Source: Hyphochytrium catenoides
Taxonomy: Eukaryota > Protista > Hyphochytriomycota
Length of the DNA: 64,000 nucleotides
NCBI GenBank assembly: GCA_900088475.1
Contig: FLMG01001044.1
Location: 9,272-73,271, forward strand
Direction of reading: 5' to 3'
The notes beneath the pieces were generated by a model, which saw nothing but the letters and a program-made list of their open reading frames with translations, was not told the DNA's origin and made no database searches. Below are positions 26,001 to 38,000 of this stretch, one piece after another. Each line of letters starts with the position of its first letter. Positions within the stretch are counted from its first letter, which is position 1. The translations under genes were made by a program, and so were the position numbers.

Positions 26001-29000
26001 GAAAACGGCATAGACTTCACGTCGGTGGGACTATTATTCAACTACGTGGATGATGTTAAGGTGACGGGATTAACTCCTGTGCACGGAAGTGCTCTTGGCG
26101 GTATGTTGGTGACCGTGAACGGGGAGAACTTCCTTGACTCTGACGGACTCTCGTGCACCTTTGGAGAAGATGTAGTACCTGCTCGCTTCGTATCTTCCAC
26201 TTTACTTACCTGCCTCACTCCTGCTTGCACCCCTGGGCGAGTTCCATTTGGTATCTCGTTGAATGGCGTCGAGCGCTCTACAGCTCCTCTTTGGTTTGAG
26301 TTCCTGCATCCAGTGCAAGTTCAAAACATTCTTCCAGAAAGAGGACCCATCACAGGCGGGACGGACATCACCGTGTCTGGATATGGTTTTGTGAACGTTT
26401 CGACCCTATGCTGTATATTTGATGATATTCACTTGGTCCCAGCCCGTTTCGTGTCCTCAAAAAAAATTCTATGCCGTTCGCCCAAGACTGCCCGCCTTGG
26501 AAGGATGGCCTTAGAGGTATCGATCAACTCTCTAGAGAAAACGTCTGATCGTGTGACATTCGAAGCAACTCCTGAGATTGAGCTGTTTTCTGTATCACCT
26601 GCCAAAGGCTCTCCGTATGGCACCAGTCGCGTAATTCTGACAGGTTTTGGATTCGTCAAGAACTCCTACCTAGCCTGCAGAGTTGGCAGACGCACCGTGG
26701 TTACAGCTCACTGGTTGTCTCCCTCAAGTATCGAATGTGTTCTTCCACCTCCAGACAATCCCGGTAGCACATATATAGAAGTCACCAACAACCGTCTAGA
26801 TTATAGCACGTCTCAAGTCCGCTTTGACTACATTTTGCCGTTAGCACTTTCTTCAATATCTCCCACCGTCGGAGTGGCGAGTGGTCAAACCCCAGTGACG
26901 ATCCGAGGGGCCGGCTTCGACGACAGAAATGCACAACTGCACTGCCTTTTTGGGGCGGTCCTTGTTCCTGCTATTAAGATTACTTCACAAGGCCTGACTT
27001 GCATATCGCCTCCACACGTCCCTCGGGCCGTCAACGTCAGTATTGTTCAAGGTGGTCACATGGAGTCAAGAGTGAAGTTCCAGTTCAGCTATATACCGGA
27101 CCCTTTCATCACCCTCTTACGCCCGCGGGAAGTAGTGGAGAATACTGTGACGGAGATTTACGTTGAGGGAACCAACTTCATAGTAACAGAGGTCATCTAT
27201 TGCCGCTTTCAGGGCGAAACTCTAACTGAGGCCTTATTGGTAAGTCCAACTCAGCTTACATGTCTTACCCCGCCACTGCGAAGAGGCCATGTGACAGTTG
27301 ATGTGACTTTCAACGGAGTAGATTTCAGTAATATGGCTGACTTGAAGGTGATTCGGGCACTCCATGCAGTCAGTATTAGGCCTCAGCAAACATTCCCTGA
27401 AAGCGCGGCAATAGTGGTGACGATCGGCTCTAATAGCCCTGACTATTTGGATATCTGGTGTGAGTTCAATGGAGCTTATCGGTCTCTAGCCACGCACTAT
27501 TTAGAAGGGAAGCTCTCTTGCGAACGACCACGTTTGCCGCCCGGTCGACACAGAATAACCCTTGTCACCAATAGCGGTCATAGGGTAGCTTCGGCCTTGT
27601 ACTTCAAGGTCTACCCAACTCCGTTGCTGAGATCTGCTAGTCCGCCCGCAACGTCCACGGTAGGAGGGTCTCTGATTACCCTCAAAGGTGCTAACTTTCC
27701 CAATGAAATGGCTGTCACTTGTCATTTCGATGGCATAGCAAGTCCAGCTCATGTAGTCAACTCTACCACTTTACTTTGTACTTCTCCGGAGCGGTCCGTT
27801 GGTTCGGTACGACTTTGGCTGGCGTACGATGGGGTAGCAAAAACGTCGGATTTCGTTCAGCTCAGTGTCGTAAACCCTCCTTGGCTGAATAGCGTTGAGC
27901 CTCAGCGTCTTAGCAGTGCTGTGAGCTCATTCATACAAATCCAGGGGAATAACATCCCTGGGGAAGGGAATTGCTTCTGCATTCTCAAGTCAGGCCGAAT
28001 CCCAGGGGTATGTCAAAAAAATGGCTTTATAGAATGCTCTATGGAGCGACTAGAACCAGGCACGCACAGTATATGGGTGGAGGTCAACGGCGTGAAGTCC
28101 TTGAACTTCAAGACGTTTACTGTGGTCCATAGCCCTTTAATAACCGGAATATACCCAATGCAAGTTCCTGCCCTGGATGGCCTGCAGGTACAGGTGCTTG
28201 GTAGGCTATTTCCCAATAACAGCAATCTTGGGTGCACGATAGGTGACGCCCCGGGGGTGGCGTCCTTCGTATCTCAAGATCTACTTCTTTGTGGGATTCC
28301 CGCCATTATTCCCGGAAAGTACGAGGTAGCGGTGACAATGAACGGCCACCTCATGAGAGCGAATGAATTGTATCTAGAGGTACTCAGCCCGCCGCTGGTC
28401 ACTGATGTGGAGCCGAAAGGTATCAACAAGGCTGGAGGGACACGGCTGACTGTGTCGGGGTCCCACTTTGGTGATAACCCTTCCTTACTTTGCAGCTTCG
28501 ACGCCATCAGCATCCGTCCTACAGTATTAAGCAACCGCAAGCTCATCTGCATCTCTCCACCCACAGAAAGCAGCACGGTATCATTCACGCTGATGGATGG
28601 TGCGATCAAGCGCCATTTAACAAATCCGAGGCTACTACTAAGCCGCACCGCCATTCGTATCCATTCTATTTATCCCCTTGCTGGACCGACGGGCATTGAA
28701 GGAGAAGTAAATGTCACTATTGAATCATCTGGGTTGACAGAGAAAGTCTTTGTGCGGGTGGGAGACTATGGCCCGACAGAATGCCAACTCGTCGAATCCA
28801 GCATCGCACGTTGTGGCATCAAGTCTCACCAGTCAGGGTACATCCCTCTCGAGGTCTCAACAAATGGAAGAGACTGGTTCAGAGCACCCACGGAATACTA
28901 CTTCTATCCTGGCCTCCAGGTCGTGAGCGCGGAGCCTTCCACATTGCTAGAAGGATTGACTGCATCATTGACTGTCACGGGTTTGGGTTTCCAAAAGCAC

Positions 29001-32000
29001 CCACACCTGTTTGCACGGATAGGCGATGGTGGTGCCCCTTCTGAGTGTAGTGTTCTCTCACCTAGGAGAGCCATCTGCCAAATGCGCCCTCGTCGGCCGG
29101 GCACCTATACGTTATTTTTGAGTGGGAATGGAGTTAACTATCGAAAAGTAGAAGTCAGCAATGTCACCGTGGCGTCGCGTCCTGTCGTGACTGCTGTGAA
29201 ACCCTCCAAGGCAAGCATGGGAGGGGGAACGGTCGTCACGATTGAAGGCACGAACTTATTCTTTTCCCCGTTATGGAGTTGTTTATTTGGCTCAATATCT
29301 GTAAGGGCTGTGTTTGACGGCCAGACGAGAGTCAAGTGCCTCTCTCCCTCTCACCCCGTTGGTCTAGTTAATCTCACGCTAGCACTGGGCTTGGTAGTAG
29401 TGCCCTCGTCGCATACTTTCCGCTTCCAAATGCCCCCCACCATACACTCCATCTTCCCAACGCTTACTACGGTCAATCAGTCCATTCAAGTCTTAATCTC
29501 TGGATACTTTGGCGAGCAACTTGAAGACCTCGACTGTCGGTTTGGAGAGGAGGTGATCTCTGCGGTCTCTGCAATTAGTGAGAGTGAAACGCTGCGGTGC
29601 CAATCTCCTGTACACCTGCAACCTGGTCCGTATGCCGTCGGACTTGAATCACGGAGTTCCGGAGAAAGTTATAAATCGGCCTTCAAGTTCACTGTTATCC
29701 CAGGGTTCAAAGTGCTGACAGTTAAGGTGACAGAAGGTGCATCTGGAGGGGCAAGGGTTATTATAAAGGGTGAGGGCTTCGTCGACGTACCCAGATTATC
29801 CTGCCAGATGCGTGATTATGTTGTGCTAGGTGAATTCATGTCTTCACAAGAGGTGTCTTGCATGTTCTCAACCATAGTGAGGGGAGCCTCGATAGGCTTA
29901 TCCTTCAATGGACAAGACTTCGTCTCAGTCTACAATATCCCAAAAGTTAGTGAGCTATCCTTCAACACACTTTCGGTGCGGAAAGGGTATTTGAAGGGTG
30001 GTACGTTGCTTAACATTCGCGGTCGATTCCCAACCGCCGGGGAAAGGCTCTGGTGTCGTTTCGGCTCAAAGGATTCGCCAGCTTCTGTGCTCTCTTCCAC
30101 TGAAGCACAATGCAGATCTCCACCGTCGTCGGACCTGGGGAATGTGTCTCTGACGATGCATGGGCATGGATCTGGTGGTAATTTCAAGTTGCATGGGGCT
30201 GCTCTTTATGAATATACCGAGGATTTGAAGATACGCTCTTACTCGCCAAGTGTAATTCACCCATCCCAGACGTCCAATCTGATTGTAGAGGTCGAAAACT
30301 TAGACAGTTCCAATGCCCTCTGCCGTTTTGGCAACCTGATAACGGTGGGTATGGTTAACGGAGTCAATGTCTCCTGCGCGGCGCCCAACAATGTGACCAT
30401 TGGAAATGAGTACACCCTGGAGGTCTCTATAGGTCATGAAGAGTTCGTGTATGTTGGCCGGGTCCAAGTGGTTCAAACACCGGTCATTACAGACGTCTCG
30501 CCCTTGATCCTCTCGACCGCTGGCGGGGTCGTAGTCATGTTGAAAGGGGTAGCGTTCAGGCAGTCAGCCGACCTGATCTGTCGCTTTAATAGTGAAGTGA
30601 TCACTCCAGCGCTTTTCCTAGCAAGTGATGCTGTAGAGTGTGCATCCCCGAAACTGCCCAATGGACAGACATCCATAGAGCTCTCGGTTAATGGAAAAGA
30701 CTTTGTCTTGGCCCCGCAAATGCTTCGGACGATCCAGCCGCCTCGCATTCTCTCCATGGAGCCTGACTCAGGTCTAGTAACTGGAGGTACGAGAGTGGAG
30801 TTCGTCTTAGGCTCCTTGACCGACGCGTCCCCTTCTTGGAAGTGCTTGTTTGGGATCATACCGGCTGCTGTGACGGTCATCGGCCCTCATAAGCTGCTCT
30901 GTGTGGCCCCTCCACAAGTAGAGAGTCAAGTAGAAGTTCGTCTGCAAGTACACGACCAACTTGAGGCTGAGGGACCGTCGCGTTACTTTACCTACTTTGT
31001 GGCGCCAGAGGTCAGAGGATTAGAGCCATCACTCGGCAGCACTGCGGGTGGAACAAGGGTTACCATTATGGGGCAACATTTCCAGCTCAACCACTCTTAC
31101 ACCTGCCACTTTGGCAAAATATATGTGTCTGACGCCGTAGTTGTTTCTGGAGAAAAGATGGTTTGCAAAACACCGGCTTCGCCTAGGGGACTCTTACCTG
31201 TAGGAGTAAGCAGCAACAAGCACGATCTTCCAGAACAACCTTTACTATTCCGCTACGTTGCCCCCATGATTTGCCTAAGTTTCCACCCAATCCAAGGACC
31301 CGCAAAGGGTGGGACGTGGGTTACAGTCAATGGACTGCATTATCCGAACTCTATCCACATAGGTTGCAAGTTTGGGGATATACAGGCCACCAGGACGATT
31401 TGGATGTCTCACACTTCCATACAATGTCTGTCTCCACCCTCAAACGCATCTAGCGTAACTATCTCTGTGACGGCGAATGGGGAGGATTACGAGCCCGTGA
31501 AGTTCTTCCGTTATTACTACAACCAAGGTGATCCAGTGCTTCATTCCATTTCTCCTGCCCATGGTAGGATTGAGGGAGGTACCCAGGTGTACGTCAGAGG
31601 AAAGAACTTCATGAGCGCACACACTCTCTCATGTCAATTTGGTAATATGCTGGCGCCGGCAGGGTTCTACAATAGTACAACGCTTCTCTGCCGGTCACCT
31701 CCGACCTCACGACCAATGCGATTGCGCTTTCAAGTCAAGATCGAGGAGCAGACGGCGGAGAGCTTATCTGAAATTATCTTTCAGTACGTACTGCCAGTGC
31801 GGGTAGATGCTGTACATCCAGATGTCCTTACTATTGGCTCCATGCAATCGTTAGTCGTGACCGGCACGGGATTTCTAAACACCTCTTCTATAGTTTGCAG
31901 AATTGAAGGTCTCGGCATAGTGCCTGCAGAGTACATCACTTTCTCAAAGGTCCGCTGCAACAGCATAGCGATCCCTGCCAGAAGTACAATCTCCCAGCGA

Positions 32001-35000
32001 TTGGAAGTTGCGGTATCCCTTAATGGTCAAGAATTTTCTCCTTCGACAGCAACCATACGGGTGCAACGACACCTTCCTGGCATCACAGACATAACCCCAT
32101 CTATAGGACCGAGCACGGGAGGTACGATCCTCACCGTAAGTGGCTACGGCTTTCTTGACCGCCACCGAAGTCGTTGTCACTTCGGTAATGTTTCTGTGGA
32201 ATCCCTGTATATTTCACCCAGTGAAATGCTATGTCCAGCCCCCGAGCTACGCCCCGGAGCTTATCCCATTGCCTTCAGCTACGCAGAAGCTGATATCGGT
32301 GATGAGATTACCATGCAATCCCCACTACAATACAATGTCTACGGTATAGTTCGAGTAGTAGGGCTATCCCCGCTGTCAGGGTCAGAGAGGGGTGGTACTA
32401 CGGTAACTATAAAGCTCCACGGTGAGGTGTCAGGTTCGCTAAGACCCTTTTGCCGCTTTGGAGAGGTTACGGTATCAGCTTCTCTAATAGGGCAAAGCCT
32501 ACATTGCACCTCACCGCCATACAACCCTGGCGTGGCATCACTAGCCTTTTCCTTCAATGGGGCAGATTTCCATGAGGTACCTGCAAATTTCACGTATACT
32601 AAGGTGATGGATGTTAAGGCCCTGAATCCATCCCACGGGCCTATCAAAGGTGGGACTCCAGTGACCATAACCGGTTCTAATTTCCTGCCCAACGCTACCT
32701 GCCGCTTCGGCCCAATGCCCGCTAAGAGATCCACCTACATGAATAGCTCCCACCTAATCTGCATTACTCCAGCTGTGGAAAATCCGGGTACCAGGCTCTT
32801 GTCGATAAGCACCAATGGACTGGAATATATCAGCTTCCGTCCATACCACTATAGAGAAGAGCCGACCATCTCTGGACTGGCTCCCGCTGTCATAATGTCA
32901 GGACCGTATGCAGAGGTCTCTATCACCGGCGTGAACCTTGGAGTTTCTGAGGTTTCGTGCCGATTTAACTCAACAATGGTTGCAAAGGGCCGCCGTCAAT
33001 CGCCCGTGATGATCAGCTGTAGCCTCCCTGATGTTCCAGAAGGGCCTCTGGAGGTTGAATTGTCCACTAACGGGATCGACTATGTTCGAGCCCCTGAGCC
33101 TTTGAGGGTCCTCCGGGCGTTGCAGCTTTCACAAGCAGGACCCCTAGCTGGTCCAATAAAGGGCGGAACTATGATTACTCTATTGGGCACTGGTTTTAGC
33201 CGCTTTGGACGATTGCAATGTAAATTCGACCTGGTTGTAGTCTCGGGTATTATTGTGTCCGCCACTGAAGGGAGATGCCCCAGCCCACGAGGAGCTGTCG
33301 GCAAAGTACCGCTTGCGATATCCATCGACGGTGTGACGTTTGCCTCGTCTGGGTTTGAATTCGAATATACTCCAGATCCAAGAGTGCGCGTGCTAAGTCC
33401 AACGCATGGCGCTGTAGAATCCAATACCACTTTGACTCTTATCGGCGACGATCTCTCGATAAGGGGCTCAGCCTGGTGCAAAATGGGCAACTCAATTGCG
33501 CCAGCGAAAGCTCTAAATAATTCAAGCATTCAGTGCAGCTCACCGAAGGGACTTAGTCCTGAAATGGTGGAACTAGAGCTTTCAGTGAACGGACAAAACT
33601 TCGTACGTTCAGGATTCTTTTTCCGCTACTACCAAACTCCTTCCGTCCGCTCAATTGAGCCCTCACTGGGTAGCACACAAGGAGGTACCATAGTGACGGT
33701 TTCCGGTGCGGATTTTCCAAACGTGCTGCCTGTAACGTGCCGCTTTGGGCAAGTGGAGGTCGTGGGCTACTGGATTTCCGAGGTTCGTGTCACATGCCCG
33801 GTGCCACAGCTACGGCCCGGCGCTGTGTCTGTAGGCCTCAGTTTCAATGGTCAACAAACTTATGGCTCACTGAGCTTCCGCGTTCACGAGGTGGTAAGAG
33901 TTCGTACCGTAGCACCACTTACAGGCTGGAACATAGGTGGCAAGGAGCTGGTACTTCTAGGTCATTTTCCTTTCTCGTTTGCCCTATCCTGCAGACTCGG
34001 TGGCAACGATGTGGATGCCGTTTATATCAACAGTAGTTGCATCAAATGTATAACTCCACCCAACGCGCCTGGAAGGTACGCGGTCGAAGTATCGGCAAAT
34101 GGAAAGGACTACGTTCCCACCGGCTCTTATTTCCAATACGCCATGAAACCTCGGATCGAGACTGTTCAGCCCTCCGTTTTGGTCCGTGGCGTTTCTCACT
34201 CGCTTCTCATTAATGGAACACACCTTGAGGACACACTAGTATGTCATTTTCGTGCTGGTGATTATCTGATAGCCGTGACAAATGTGGAGATGCAATCTAC
34301 CGGACAAGTGACGTGCCCCAGTCCAAAGATTGGACCTGATGATGGCATGAAGGATCTTGAGTTGCGCTTGATGGATACTGCCGCGAGTGATGGTTCGAAC
34401 ACAATCTCTCTTAAGGTCACCTCTCAACCTTACCTTTCCTATGTGGAGCCTGACCGCGGGCCCGATACGGGCGGTACCCTGGTCAAGTTGCGCGGTTACA
34501 ATTTCCCAAACACTCCATCGCTACGATGCAGATTTGGCCATGTCCTTAGCCCTCAAGCTATATTTGTTGATGACAACACCATTACCTGCATAACTCCCAA
34601 AGGACAGGCAGGTCAAGTCGCTGTAGCCCTTCTAGATGAAACGACTTCAATGTCATTGGTCTCGCAAAGCGTTACATTCGCTTATCAGGTGGAAGTCACG
34701 GTGACCGATCTCTGGCCAGGAAAGGGTTCGGTCAAAGGTGGAACATTGGTTTATTTGGCGGTAGAGCGTGTAGAGATGTCCGTATTCACCTCTTGCCGAT
34801 TTGGGAAGGTTATTGGTCCTGCATCTCTTGTGTCGCTCGGAGTCATCTCATGCGTGGCTCCCAGAGCTGACTCAGCGCAAGTGATCCAAGTTGCAGTGAG
34901 CAATAATGGTAAAGACTTTTCTGCAACAAGCAAGCCCTTCCAATATGTAGAGCAACCGGCAGTGGATGGTATCGAGCCGCAAGAAGGTCCCATCACAGGT

Positions 35001-38000
35001 GGAACTTTGATAACCGTTAGAGGAGGGCCATTTGAGAATGACTCTATTTGCCAAATTGGAGAAACACGAATGGAACCAATCATCAAGAACGAGTCTGTTG
35101 TCATCTGTCGGACGGCCAAGGTGGAGACAGTTGGGTCACAAGCAGTGACTATCAGCTCTGTTACCACTGGGGTTGCCTACTCTACCTCATATTTCAGATT
35201 TCTACCCCCAGTTCGAGTAATCAGGGTATCGCCCACCTTTTCGTATGAGACCGGCGGAGGAATAGTGACCGTATCGGGTTATAACTTTCTGGAGAGTAAG
35301 GAACTACAGTGTAGGTTTGGAACGATGAGCGTTGTTGCTCTGCGCTTGTCCCAAGGTGAAGCTCTCTGTCGAGTGCCTCCTAGCAAGAGGACAAACACAA
35401 CTTTCAGTCTTTGGATGAACCCATCTACCCCTGGAACGGATCTAATCCCTTTCTCGTATCTTCCTACGCCGACCGTAGATTCGGTCAAAGCCTTGGACAC
35501 GAAAAGTCCAACAGGGGGTCTTCCAGTGGTCATCCAGGGTCGCGGCTTCGATAGAACGATCCAAAGTTGCACCTTCAATCACATCGTGGTAGCAGTCCAT
35601 CTAGTTTCACCGACCGAGATCGTCTGCCAAATACCGTCGGTGATGAAGGGTCTTCTAAGCGTGGGACTGAAGGGAGAGGCTTTGGAACTAGATCTTGGAG
35701 TACATTCACTTCAGGGCGAGATGCGTACTGCAGGAAGAGTGTTACAGGAGCAAGAAGCGGTTCCCAAGCTCCTGGAAGTCCAGCCATCCACTGCCCACAG
35801 CGCGGGTGGAAGTGAGCTTAGAGTGAAAGGCGAGGATTTCGCAAATCTGGTAACTCTAGCCTGTAGGTTTGGCCAGACAGAAGTGCCAGGAGCGTGGATT
35901 TCGGCTTCTGAAATTCGCTGCGTAGTCCCGCGGATGGAGCCCGCTATAGTACGTCTTGAGGTTGCAAATGACGGTGAAACTTTCAGTGCAAGCGGCTTAT
36001 TAGTCACTATAATCCCAGACCTTACCGTCACCTCAATTGAGCCTCTCCAGGGCCCCCTGGCTGGTGGAACTCTGGTCATGATTAGAGGGGTTAGCTTCAC
36101 GCCAGGAGACACCTACAGCGTAACCTTCGGCACAACCGTGGTATCGAGTGTCACGATTGTGTCTTCTCAGGCACTTCAAGTGCTCTCACCTCCACGATAC
36201 GAGGGCCCAGGATCTGTACCCATCCAAATAGCGAAGAACAACCAAAGCTACACAGAGCAACGAGTGTACTTTAGGTATGTAGAAACGCCCATCCTTTTAG
36301 GATCATCCCCAGATTGGAAAGGATCTGCGGGAGACACATCTGTGGTAGTCTTTGGCAGACACTTTCTGATGAATGAGGCCTACTCATGCCGATTTGATGA
36401 CCAGATTCTTCCAGCGCAAGTTGTTTCCTCTGAAATACTTCATTGTATTGCTCCTCCTGGGAACCCTGGTCGTGTGGATCTATCCCTTATGGCGTCAGGA
36501 CAAGATGTAGCTCTTCCCATCTCCTTCACTTACCGGAGCTTAACGATGGTCAAAGGGATCTTCCCTACGCTGGGGTTCAGCTTAACAGGAAGGTCTAGCA
36601 TTACGGTCATCGGTTCAGATTTTCCTAAATCAACGGACATTCAGTGCAAGTTTGGCAAAAAGACTGTCCCAGCGGTATATCTCGACAGCAGCAGTCTCGC
36701 GTGCCGCCCTCCTATTCATCGGCCAGACCTGGTCACATTCAGCGTAATTGCAGATGGGGTTCAGGTGTTAGGTGACGAGCTTCGATACCTGTATTTGGAG
36801 GATCCTTCCGTGTTCTCTGTGACACCATATGCTGGATCCAGCCGAGGAGGCCTGCCTGTGTATGTTAAAGGAGCCAACTTTGTGAACGTCACTTCCTTAG
36901 GCTGCAGGTTTGGGACCGTCCAAACTCGAGGTCTCTTCATTTCTCCAACTTTGTTGATGTGCCTCTCGCCTTCCATGGTTAGCGGAGGGCTACAAGTGGC
37001 TGGTAAAGTATCAGTAGAGGTAACCTTGAATGGGCTGGACTACACGGAGGCTGGAGTTCAGTTCGAGTACATGCAGCATCCAAGTCATGGGGCCTTTCTC
37101 AAAGGGGCGACCTTCCAGGCTTGTCCAAACGGCACGGCTTGTAGCTTGCAGAGCAACAATTTCACTCTGTGCGGTGTCGGCCACTTCCAGCCCCGAACTG
37201 GTCAGGGGACATGTTTGCAATGCCCAGTAGGCTTCTATTGCCCAGATGTGGGAATGTCCAAGCCCGTTGCTTGCCCTGCAGGCAGGATTTGTGACACGCT
37301 GGGCTTGGGAGTCCCCTTAAAAGCATGCCCCAAAGGCCACTACTGCTACCCCGGAACAAAGGCGATAGCGCCTTCTGCCCTGAACTTTACCAGCGGTTTC
37401 CTTCAGGATAGGGGCGACGGTACCATTCGTTTTTATCCCAACCTGCCCGAGGTGGCTGCACGGTGGCAGGTAATTCCACGTATGGCTCCTGAGCATCATG
37501 AATATCAGGTCGAGCACATCCCTCATGAACCTCCACTGGCAGAGACACCTTTTGTTTGCCCTAAAGGGACCTACTGTAGGCCTGGTACTACTACACCAGT
37601 AAGCTCACCGAAGAACTTCAGCACTCCACAGAAGTGCTTCGATGGCTTCTTCTGCCCGCAAGGATCGAGCACACCAGAAGGATCTGGTCCTTGCCCAACA
37701 GGTTATTTTTGTCCGGAGTATGACCGAGCGGTAAGGTGTCCTAAAGGGCATTTCTGTCCAGGAGTGGGTAATCTCAAACCCCGACAGTGCCTTCCTGGCA
37801 GCTTCAACCCACTGGAAACTCAGTCCAAATGCGAGCTTTGTCCCCTAGGTCATATTTGTCCCGGTTGGGGAAGAGAGTTACCAGAAACTTGCCCCGCGGG
37901 TTTCGTGTGTGCATCACTGGGCCTTTCGGTGCCAGTTGTAGAGTGTCCGCCAGGGTTCTATTGCGAGGAAGGCACAATGACGATGGATCCCTCCGATACC

